Of a DNA stretch of 64,000 nucleotides, positions 46,936 through 55,400 are shown one piece after another. This DNA comes from Limisphaerales bacterium. GTDB taxonomy: Bacteria > Verrucomicrobiota > Verrucomicrobiia > Limisphaerales > AAA164-E04. Both the position numbers and the translations under genes were made by a program. Under the pieces are notes generated by a model, which was not told the DNA's origin, ran no database searches, and worked only from the letters and a program-made list of their open reading frames with translations. Each line of letters starts with the position of its first letter. The first letter of the stretch is position 1. The stretch is taken from assembly GCA_965203425.1 (NCBI GenBank), contig OZ241891.1:1775127-1839126 (forward strand), in the 5' to 3' direction.

Positions 46936-47753
46936 TTGCGGATGACTCGCGTGCCGCAGATGTGGTCGTGCAAAGTGCGCTTCTCCGAATCAAAGGCAGC
47001 AATAATGTAGCCGATGAGCAAAAGAATGCCGCTCAAGACTTCCGCCAAGGTGCGCCCCAAAGCCCGACCACAGCCGATAGGCTCTCCATTGGCCGTGACT
47101 ACCCGAAGATCAAGCGCCAATTTGCCCAAAGTGGCGCCAAACTTCCAAGTCAACAGCCAAGTGTAGCAAAGAGCTACTGACAAGTTGAACAGATCGAAAA
47201 CCAACTCACCCGGCGTTGTCTCCGGGCTCCACAGAGATTCCATGCCAAATAGCGAATACCGCAAAAACTCCATCGGAATCCCAACAATCAATCCGTCCAG
47301 AAACTTGGCGACAAAGCGAATCCAGAATCCGGCGTAGTTCAATTCTGCCGCATAGGCGACGCCTTGGGTGATTTTGGCCATGAAGGTGGGTTTGCAGTTG
47401 GCGCAGACGAAGCTTCCTCGAAACAAAATCACGTCTTCCTTCAAAAAGACGCCGCCGCATTGGGCGCAGGCGACGTGATCTCCCGCCATTTGCTCCGCCG
47501 AAGGCGCTTGAACGGCTTGGCCGTAGGGTTGCCAATCCGCCATTCCGTCGCGCCAGACCAGTGTTTCCGACGCAATGGTTCCTTGTCGAACCAATTCGTC
47601 GAATGCCGTTTGCTCTAACGGGCCGAGCCGTTCCTCGCCTTTCAAATAATACCACTTTGCCACTTTTATCGCTTTCGTTTGTCGGTTGCCTTCTCGGATT
47701 CGGTTGGCAAGGAAGAATCCCCGCTCTGAAAAGAAAAGGCAAGGAAAATTCAA
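46932..47753 (-). CDS. GYF_2 (DUF4339) + zinc-ribbon + RDD-domain membrane protein
   Basis: KWYYLKGEERLGPLEQTAFDELVRQGTIASETLVWRDGMADWQPY; CAQCGG...CANCK; RDD part YAGFWIRFVAKFLDGLIVG...CGTRV. The GTG at 47663 just before KWYY is an alternative start. Confidence 0.7.
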   Translation of the reverse strand: MNFPCLFFSERGFFLANRIREGNRQTKAIKVAKWYYLKGEERLGPLEQTAFDELVRQGTIASETLVWRDGMADWQPYGQAVQAPSAEQMAGDHVACAQCGGVFLKEDVILFRGSFVCANCKPTFMAKITQGVAYAAELNYAGFWIRFVAKFLDGLIVGIPMEFLRYSLFGMESLWSPETTPGELVFDLFNLSVALCYTWLLTWKFGATLGKLALDLRVVTANGEPIGCGRALGRTLAEVLSGILLLIGYIIAAFDSEKRTLHDHICGTRVIRK

Positions 47754-48074
47754 AGATTACGGACAGGACGGCTAGACAGTGCTTGCACTTGCTTTGGCTC
47801 GATCCCAATCCCGCAAGCCAATCCCCCTCGCCGCTTGACTTCCAACCACTTAAAAAACTCTCTTTTTCCGCAGCAACAGGCGGGGAATTTTCCCATCCCG
47901 AATCTCCCTTTTCGCGCTTCTTTGCGATTTTCGCCGCCGCCAATGAATTTTTCTTAACTTTTTCGTCTTTTTTGTGGATTTGGGGCTTGACTCTTTGCGG
48001 TGAAGAAACTATGAGTGAAGCAACTTTTAGTCTATTGAGAAGTCTTTTATTCGAATAATTAACTGGTTGACCTT

Positions 48075-48890
48075 ATGAAAATACAAAGTCCCCCCCCCCC
48101 CCCCCGCAATCCTAAGCCTTTGCCCATCGGCGCCTTTGTAGCAACGGTTTTGCTTGCTTTGGCGACGCTGGAACAAAGCCAAGCCCAACTTTACATCCAC
48201 ATCTATCCCAGCCAAGACAGCCCCACCAACCAAACCCTCTGGATTTTCTCCGGCAGCTCCACTGCGGGGAGCAGCAGCAGCATTCGAACCTCTGGCATCT
48301 ACGAATCACAAGACTCTTGGCGCTTTGCCGATCATGGCGGAAACTTTTACAATGCCAACGCGCCCAATAACCAGACAATCTCGCTCTCTCCCCTCTTTTC
48401 CAGTTCCAACTCCAAAGACATTGAATCCATCAGAAAGAGGATTCCCGGCGGCGGCCGAACCAATATCACTTTTGCCGCCAGCGCCACCAACACGCCCACA
48501 ATCACCATTGCCAGCGGCAACCAAACCATTTCCCACCTTTTTATGGACGATAATACTTTATCTCGAGATGGCATAGGGATTCGGGTCTCCGGGAGCGCTT
48601 TTTCCTATTCCAGCGGAGCGTCTTCGGCTTGGACGGGCGCCGGCATCCTCAACAAACCCATCAGCGATTTCTTTGGTGGGAGAACCTACAATAATTGGAA
48701 GATTGGGATTGCGGCGCCTCGCTTCGCGGCGGATTCTCAAGGCTCGGTGAGGATTGTCGTCAACAGCCAAGTCATCCCCGAACCAGAGGAATACGCTCTC
48801 GTCTTCGGCTTGTTTGCGCTAGGTTTTGTGTTCTTTCATCGATGGCGCAGGCAAAAGAAACGCCGCCAACCAGCCGCCACAACTTCGTAG
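48075..48890 (+). CDS. PEP-CTERM-anchored secreted protein
   Basis: C-terminus VIPEPEEYALVFGLFALGFVFFHRWRRQKKRR. N-terminal signal ...AFVATVLLALATLEQSQAQ. Paralog of 10786..11585. Confidence 0.8.
   Translation: MKIQSPPPPPRNPKPLPIGAFVATVLLALATLEQSQAQLYIHIYPSQDSPTNQTLWIFSGSSTAGSSSSIRTSGIYESQDSWRFADHGGNFYNANAPNNQTISLSPLFSSSNSKDIESIRKRIPGGGRTNITFAASATNTPTITIASGNQTISHLFMDDNTLSRDGIGIRVSGSAFSYSSGASSAWTGAGILNKPISDFFGGRTYNNWKIGIAAPRFAADSQGSVRIVVNSQVIPEPEEYALVFGLFALGFVFFHRWRRQKKRRQPAATTS
48090..48105 (+). repeat. C16 homopolymer inside codons 6-11 of the PEP-CTERM gene
   Basis: Counted directly: agt + 16 C + gcaat. It is translated as PPPPPR in the listed frame. Confidence 0.9.
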
Positions 48891-49063
48891 CTGCCAGTTT
48901 CTGCGACGGTCAACCAGCGGCCAGCAGAGATTGCGGACTCGCGTCGGCTTTGTTGCAGGCTAGTGATTTCGCAGTTTCAATATCCACTTCGCTTGGGGAT
49001 TTTTCTCAAGCGGAGTTTTTTGTTTGGCTACGAATGAAGAATTAGGATTTTTGGGAACGCGTT

Positions 49064-49822
49064 TCAGTTAGCGACTTCGCGGTCGATCCGGCCGTCTTTC
49101 ATGTGAATGACGCGGTTGGCGCGTTTGGCCACTTCGTCGTCGTGGGTGACGAGGATGATGGTTTTGCCGCTGGCGTTGAGGCGATCAATGATGCCGAGCA
49201 CTTCCAGGCCGGTAGCGGAATCGAGGTTGCCGGTGGGTTCGTCGGCCAAGATCATCAGGGGATCATTGGCTAGGGAACGAGCGATGGCGACGCGCTGTTG
49301 CTGGCCGCCGGAGAGTTGGTTGGGGCGGTGTTCGCGGCGGTCAGCTAGGCCGACAAGATTCGCCAACTCAACGCATCGATCATAAGTTTCGGAGAGGTCT
49401 TTTCCCTGATAAAACAGCGGAACTTGGATGTTTTCAATTACCGTCAACTGGGCGATGAGATTGTAAGATTGGAAGATGAAACCGATTTGGCGACCGCGGA
49501 TTTCGGAGAGATCGTCATCCGGCATTTCCGAGACGTCTTCGCCGCCCAAATAATATTTGCCTACGGTGGGACGGTCGAGGCAACCTAAAATGTTTAGCAT
49601 CGTGGATTTGCCGGAGCCGGAAGGCCCCATAATGGCAACGTATTCACCTTCTTGAATGGTCATATCAACGCCCCGCAGAGCCAGAACTTCGATTTCTTCT
49701 CTGAGAAGGTATTTCTTCGGGATTTTTTGGATTTTCCCTCCGATTTGCTTTTTCGGTTCCTGTCCGCCAAGGGAGTATCGTTTTACGATGCCTCGGATGC
49801 GGATGATGGCGTTTTTGCTCAT
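49064..49822 (-). CDS. ABC transporter ATP-binding protein (MacB/LolD-like), with no adjacent permease
   Basis: Walker A GPSGSGKST, signature LSGGQQQRVAIARSL, Walker B ILADEPTGNLD. The start was chosen at the internal Met MSKNAIIRIRG. Confidence 0.9.
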   Translation of the reverse strand: MSKNAIIRIRGIVKRYSLGGQEPKKQIGGKIQKIPKKYLLREEIEVLALRGVDMTIQEGEYVAIMGPSGSGKSTMLNILGCLDRPTVGKYYLGGEDVSEMPDDDLSEIRGRQIGFIFQSYNLIAQLTVIENIQVPLFYQGKDLSETYDRCVELANLVGLADRREHRPNQLSGGQQQRVAIARSLANDPLMILADEPTGNLDSATGLEVLGIIDRLNASGKTIILVTHDDEVAKRANRVIHMKDGRIDREVAN

Positions 49823-49938
49823 GATTCGATGAGTTGGCGGGGCATTTTTGGCGCGGCCGCTCCAATCACTATCGCTGGGAAACATTTTGGAGTCAAACTT
49901 CTTGAAGACGGCTCAGATTCCAATCTACAATCCATGCC

Positions 49939-50235
49939 TTGTTTATGACACGGCAACAGGTTCTGGATTTGTATTTCTTGGACGCCCGGCACAAGTTGAT
50001 TGATTTGGCGGCGTTTGTCGACCGCGTGGAGCGAAGCGAAGGCAAAACCGACTTTCGCATGGAAGCCTTCTATCAAGCGGCAAAGGTGTTGGCGGGAAAC
50101 CAGCCCAGCAAAGCGGCAACGACGCTGAACGTCTTTTCGGACCCAACGACCGAGCCCATTGAAGCGGCCACCACAAAGGCCGCCTGCGGCGCTTGGCCGG
50201 GCGGCGCAAAAACTGCCGAACACTCACAGCCATGA
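49939..50235 (+). CDS. hypothetical protein
   Basis: 98-aa ORF whose stop overlaps the TatD-like start by 4 nt. No recognisable motif. Confidence 0.35.
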   Translation: MFMTRQQVLDLYFLDARHKLIDLAAFVDRVERSEGKTDFRMEAFYQAAKVLAGNQPSKAATTLNVFSDPTTEPIEAATTKAACGAWPGGAKTAEHSQP

Positions 50236-51059
50236 GATACATCGAACCCCACGGACACATGGTCAGCCGCACTACGGACGACTACGCGTCTATGGCCGCC
50301 GCCGGTTGCGCCGCCGTATGCGAACCCGCATTTTGGGCCGGGTTCGACCGCAAAAGCGCCGATGGTTTCTACGACTACTTTTGCCAACTAACCGAACACG
50401 AACCCAAACGCGCCGCCAAGTTCGGCCTTCCGCACTACTCTTGGCTTTGCCTCAATCCCAAAGAAGCGGAAGACTTGAAGCTGGCCGAGGAAGTGCTGTC
50501 CCTCATCCCTGAGTTTATAGACAAGCCAAACGTCCTGGGCATTGGCGAAATCGGCCTCAACAAAAACAGCCGAAACGAGCTGAAAGTGCTGGAAATGCAC
50601 ATCGACTTGGCCGGCGCGCGCGATCAGTTGATCCTAGTTCACACGCCGCACTTGGAAGACAAGCGAAAGGGAACTCGCTTGATTCTGGACGCGCTCAAGA
50701 ACGATCCCCGAATTCGTCCCGAAAGATGCATCATCGACCACGTCGAAGAACACACCGTCAAGATGGCGCTGGACGAAGGCTTTTGGGCGGGAATGACGTT
50801 GTATCCGGAATCTAAGTGCAGCCCTTCGCGGGCGATTGACATGCTGGAAGTCTACGGCGCCGAACGCATCTGGATGAACAGCGCCTGCGACTGGGGCGCC
50901 AGCGTCCCTTTGGCCGTGCCGCACGCTATGCTGGAAATGCGCCGCCGAGGCCATTCAGCAGACTGGATTGACCAAGTGGTCTTTGGAAATCCCAAGGCCT
51001 TTATGGAGCAGTCTCCCCACTTTTCGACCGCCGCCGCAAAGCCGGACGCTTCAAAGTAA
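50232..51059 (+). CDS. TatD-related metal-dependent hydrolase
   Basis: [10 protein letters not shown]...LGIGEIGLN...LILVHTPH...IDHV... is the histidine/aspartate pattern of TatD-type TIM barrels. Confidence 0.7.
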   Translation: MRYIEPHGHMVSRTTDDYASMAAAGCAAVCEPAFWAGFDRKSADGFYDYFCQLTEHEPKRAAKFGLPHYSWLCLNPKEAEDLKLAEEVLSLIPEFIDKPNVLGIGEIGLNKNSRNELKVLEMHIDLAGARDQLILVHTPHLEDKRKGTRLILDALKNDPRIRPERCIIDHVEEHTVKMALDEGFWAGMTLYPESKCSPSRAIDMLEVYGAERIWMNSACDWGASVPLAVPHAMLEMRRRGHSADWIDQVVFGNPKAFMEQSPHFSTAAAKPDASK

Positions 51060-51099
51060 CGACCGCGTTTTTGCGCAATCTCAATTCAAAATCAAAGGA

Positions 51100-52290
51100 A
51101 TGAAACTCAGTCACGGACTTCATTTGGCCTACTGCACAAACATCCACCGAGGAGAGCATTGGGAACAGACCTTCGACGCCCTAAAGCAATACACGCTAAA
51201 AGTGCGCCGGCAAGTCTGCCCAGAAAAGCCGTATGCCATCGGACTGCGCCTGAGTGCCGTCGCCGCTCAGGAACTCAGCCGCCCCAATGCTTTGGACGCC
51301 TTCCAAAAGTGGCTCGAAAACGAAAACTGCTACGTCTTTACGATCAACGGATTCCCCTACGGAACCTTTCATGGAACGCGAGTAAAGGAACAAGCCTACC
51401 AACCGGACTGGGCGGCGATAGAGCGCCTGCAATACACAAACCTTCTTTTCGATTTGTTAGCCTCTCTGCTACCCGATGGCGTCGACGGCAGCGTAAGCAC
51501 GGTGCCGGTTTCCCACAAAAACTTCATCCCAAACGACCGCCAAACCCGCGAAGCGCGGAAAAACTTGTGGAAATGCGTCGACCATATCGAGCAACTCAGC
51601 CGCCGCACCGGCAAAAAACTGCACCTCGGCCTAGAACCAGAACCCCTTTGCTACTTGGAAACCAGCGAGGAAACCGTCCGATTCTTCGAACAAATGCGCA
51701 AAGACCGCCCCGGCGACTTGCGGATGGAGGATCACTTGGGCGTCAACTACGACTGCTGCCACATGGCCGTGGAGTTTGAAAATCCGCAGGAAGCCCTAAG
51801 CCGCTTGCAACAGCACAAAATTCCAATCAGCAAAATTCACCTCAGCTCGGCCTTGAAAGCGACGCCGACAACTGAAGTCCGCAAAGCCCTTTCAGCCTAC
51901 GCAAACGACGTCTATCTCCATCAAGTCATCGAACGCTCGATGGACGGCAAGCTGCGCCGTTATCCAGATTTGCCAAACGCGCTCGCCACCAAAACCGCGC
52001 CCCCGCGCTCGCCCGTAAAAGAAACAATCGCCGGGCTCCCAGAATGGCGCATTCACTTTCACATCCCGCTCCACTCGCCGCCAACCGAACTCTTCGGCAA
52101 CACCGCCGACCACATCGCGGGAACTCTGGACTTCATCAAAGAGCAGCCGAGAACTTGCTCGCACTTCGAGATGGAAACCTACACTTGGGAAGTGTTGCCG
52201 CCGGAAAGAAAACAACGAACCGTCGTAGATCAGCTCGTTGGCGAATACCGTTGGACTTTGGCGCAGATGACAAACCGCGGCCTGGCTTGA
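51100..52290 (+). CDS. xylose-isomerase-like TIM-barrel protein, EboE-like
   Basis: MKLSHGLHLAYCTNIHRGEHWEQTF...YAIGLRLSAVAAQEL resembles the EboE N-terminus as I remember it. AAAGGA lies before the ATG. Confidence 0.55.
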   Translation: MKLSHGLHLAYCTNIHRGEHWEQTFDALKQYTLKVRRQVCPEKPYAIGLRLSAVAAQELSRPNALDAFQKWLENENCYVFTINGFPYGTFHGTRVKEQAYQPDWAAIERLQYTNLLFDLLASLLPDGVDGSVSTVPVSHKNFIPNDRQTREARKNLWKCVDHIEQLSRRTGKKLHLGLEPEPLCYLETSEETVRFFEQMRKDRPGDLRMEDHLGVNYDCCHMAVEFENPQEALSRLQQHKIPISKIHLSSALKATPTTEVRKALSAYANDVYLHQVIERSMDGKLRRYPDLPNALATKTAPPRSPVKETIAGLPEWRIHFHIPLHSPPTELFGNTADHIAGTLDFIKEQPRTCSHFEMETYTWEVLPPERKQRTVVDQLVGEYRWTLAQMTNRGLA

Positions 52291-52746
52291 TACAAGCCCA
52301 TTCCGCAACCGCAACGTCGAGGTTTACGGATTGCCGCCCTCAGAGATCATCCGCCGCCGAACTCTCCTCAATCCCCCGGCCGACCGGGTTTCTTCTCCTT
52401 TTGGCCAGATTCGGCCGTTCGCTTTGCCCGGCGTTTTGCTATTTCATAAAGCAACAACGCCCGCGGCGAAAAACGGCAATCGCCTCCATTGGACGTTTTG
52501 GTTTTCCTTTCGTTCGGTTTTTTTGCGTCCGCTCTCATCTTGAAATCTCCTTCACTTCTTCATCACCTATTTTTCTTTTTCCCAGTTCTTCTCAAACGCC
52601 CTGCCCGCTGGAAAAAATCGCAGACAACGGATACGATTCGCTGGCTCTCTAACAAAGTAAGAGCAGAATCAGTGCCAACACTGTTTGCCGTTTGTCAAAA
52701 TTTTCGACTTTTCCTCGGTCTTCCCCTTCGCTAGGCTTTTCTTCTT

Positions 52747-54804
52747 ATGTTTGCGCAACAAAGCCATTCTTCAAACGTCGCCGCCAAGCGAACGCGCTTT
52801 TTAAGAAACTTATGGAAAAGCGCCGCCCTGACTTGTGTCGGAATTCTTGCCGCCAACCTCGCCGCCGCCAATCCAGCGTCCAAAGTGGCCGGACGCAGCC
52901 TCAAAGGCTGGTTGCAAGACTTGCAGTCCGCCAACGAAACCGTACGCCTCCGAGCAGCGAAAACCATCGGCCTTTTCGGCGCCCCCGCCGTGCCTCACTT
53001 GATTCGCTTGCTGGACGACTCCGATGACGCCGCCCGCTACTGGGCCGCCAGCCACCTCGGCAATTTGGGGGTGGAAGCCACCGCGGCAAGCGAAGCACTC
53101 CAACGCGCCTTTCAAAACACAAGCTCCCTCCCAGTGCGAATGGCCCTCGGCTACGCTTTATCCCAAATAGACCGGGCAGGCCCCTGGTTTCCTCCGCTTT
53201 ATGAAGGCGCGCAATCACCTCATCGTAGCACGGCCTGCGCCGCCGCCGATTTCTTTGCCCGAATCGGGCCGCCGGCAAACACAGCCCTGCCCCTTTTGCA
53301 AACCATCTTCAACAAACACTCCCAGCAAGGCGGCGACTATCATGTCCGAGGCGCCGTAAAAAACGCCATCCGCGCAATCCAAAACCAAAACAAACTGGAA
53401 CACCATGCCCGCTCCCCCGGAGGAAACTATTCCCGCCGCAACTTCACCCTGCCAGCTTCCGCAACCATCCCTCCGCCGAGAAACCGCAAAGAATCAACCA
53501 ATCGCCCCAACATCCTTTGGATCAGCTGCGAAGACATCAGCCCCAACCTCGGATGCTACGGCGACGACTACGCCTCCACCCCCAACTTAGATCAACTGGC
53601 TGAACAAGGCGTTCGCTTCACCCAAGCCTTCACCCCCTCCGGTGTATGCGCCGTCAATCGCACCGGCATCATCACCGGAATGTACCCCGTCGCCTATGGC
53701 GGACAACACATGCGCACCAAAATCCCTTTCCCTCCCGGAGTCCGTTGCTTCCCGGAATACCTGCGCCAAGCCGGATACTTCTGCACCAACAAATCCAAAA
53801 CAGACTACCAATCCCAAGTCGATCCCCGCAAAGTATGGGACCGACAAGGCGCCAAACACGGCGATTGGCGCGACCGAAAACCCGGCCAACCGTTCTTTTC
53901 CGTCATCAACCTAACCATCACCCACGAAAGCCAAATCCGGCACGGAGAAGGCACCCACGCCGCCTTGCAACAAAATCTCCGACCCAACCAAATCCACAAC
54001 CCATCCCTCGCCGCAAAATACCTTCCCCCTATCTATCCCAACACGCCGGAAACACGCAAAGACTGGGCATGGTATCACGACAACATCTCCGAAATGGATC
54101 GGCAAGCGGGCGCAATTCTCCAACGCCTCAACGACGACGGCCTTGCCGAGAACACCATCGTCATCTTCTGGAGCGACCACGGACGAGGACTCCCGCGAGG
54201 CAAACGCTGGATTTACGACTCCGGCGTTCACATTCCCATGATCGTCCGCTGGCCCGGACGCTTGAAAGCCGGCTCCACCAACAACGAACTCATAAGCACC
54301 CAAGACCTGCCCCCAACCATCCTCGCATTAGCAGGACTACAACCCAAAGACTACATGCACGGACGCATCTTCCTAGGCGACAAAAAACAACCAGAACCCA
54401 AAATGTTGTTCTTTCATCGCGACCGCATGGACGAAGCCCTCGAATTCATGCGAGCCGCCCGCGATAAACAATTCAAATACATCCGCAACTTCGAACCCGA
54501 ACGCCCCTACGCCCAACACATCGACTACATGGACAAAATGCCAACCCTCGTCGACATGCGCCGCCACCACCTAGAAGGCAAACTAAACCCCGTTCAATCC
54601 CTTTGGTTTCGCTCCCACAAACCAATCGAAGAACTGTACGACATTATAGCAGACCCTCACGAAACCAACAACCTAGCGTCGCTACCCAAACATCAGAAAA
54701 CACTCAAACGCATGCGGGACGCCCTAGAAACATGGCAAGTGCAAGTCAGCGACTCCAGCTTCGTCCCAGAACCCATTCTCTTCGAACGACTCACAACCCA
54801 ATAA
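52747..54804 (+). CDS. HEAT-repeat + sulfatase fusion protein with an atypical active-site motif
   Basis: N-terminal HEAT-like repeats (VRLRAAKTIGLFGAPAVPHLIRLLDDSDDAARYWAASHLGNLG). Sulfatase core NILWISCEDISP...; the FGly position reads GVCAVNRTGIITG instead of C-x-P-x-R. Confidence 0.85.
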   Translation: MFAQQSHSSNVAAKRTRFLRNLWKSAALTCVGILAANLAAANPASKVAGRSLKGWLQDLQSANETVRLRAAKTIGLFGAPAVPHLIRLLDDSDDAARYWAASHLGNLGVEATAASEALQRAFQNTSSLPVRMALGYALSQIDRAGPWFPPLYEGAQSPHRSTACAAADFFARIGPPANTALPLLQTIFNKHSQQGGDYHVRGAVKNAIRAIQNQNKLEHHARSPGGNYSRRNFTLPASATIPPPRNRKESTNRPNILWISCEDISPNLGCYGDDYASTPNLDQLAEQGVRFTQAFTPSGVCAVNRTGIITGMYPVAYGGQHMRTKIPFPPGVRCFPEYLRQAGYFCTNKSKTDYQSQVDPRKVWDRQGAKHGDWRDRKPGQPFFSVINLTITHESQIRHGEGTHAALQQNLRPNQIHNPSLAAKYLPPIYPNTPETRKDWAWYHDNISEMDRQAGAILQRLNDDGLAENTIVIFWSDHGRGLPRGKRWIYDSGVHIPMIVRWPGRLKAGSTNNELISTQDLPPTILALAGLQPKDYMHGRIFLGDKKQPEPKMLFFHRDRMDEALEFMRAARDKQFKYIRNFEPERPYAQHIDYMDKMPTLVDMRRHHLEGKLNPVQSLWFRSHKPIEELYDIIADPHETNNLASLPKHQKTLKRMRDALETWQVQVSDSSFVPEPILFERLTTQ

Positions 54805-54826
54805 ACAGCTAACATTCCAACAAAAC

Positions 54827-55387
54827 TCACAGCTCTACCATCGGATCTTCCTCGTAAGTCGAGCCAATACAGCACAAAGAATGAAGCGTCTGGGCGAATA
54901 GTAGATAAAGTGACTTGAGACGGACAATATCTCGAATCACACCCGCCACTTGAAAATAAAGATCGTCCACACCCTCCGGAAAATCTGCACCAAACCATCC
55001 CCCCATCATCCTTCACTGTTAAATAAATCTGAGTCTGAGAATCCACCATTTTTCGCAATTGAGCCATCTGAAAAAGCCGCCGCACTTTGCCCTCATTGTC
55101 CTGCATGCCGAAGAACTTGCCCAAGTTGCTAAACACACTACGACAATAAATTATAAACCGAAAATTATCTGAATTCACATACGGGGCGCGAATCCTCGTA
55201 AACGTCGTGGTTAAATTATTATGAGAGACGGTATAAGTATCCAAAGTCACCGTCCAATCTCCTACACATGCCTTAACTTTGGCAGGCTTGACAATCCCCC
55301 GGGTACAAACTCCCCGTCGATTTCCTCGCTCAACTGCCTCCAAACTTCATCCTGGCCAGGTCCAAACACTTTTTTCAAAAAACTCAT
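54827..55387 (-). pseudogene. hypothetical protein gene split into three frames at G/C runs
   Basis: MSFLKKVFGPGQDEVWRQLSEEIDGEFVPGG, shift at CCCGGGGG, IVKPAKVKACVGDWTVTLDTYTV...LTVKDD, shift at G6, GWFGADFPEGVDDLYFQVAGVIRDIVRLKSLYLLF... Confidence 0.5.
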
Positions 55388-55400
55388 ATCTATCAACTAA

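Noticed and set aside
53646-54467. 273-aa plus-strand ORF (R/P/T-rich) inside the HEAT-sulfatase gene
   Set aside because: It is an off-frame ORF of the same strand. The sulfatase frame carries all the family motifs.
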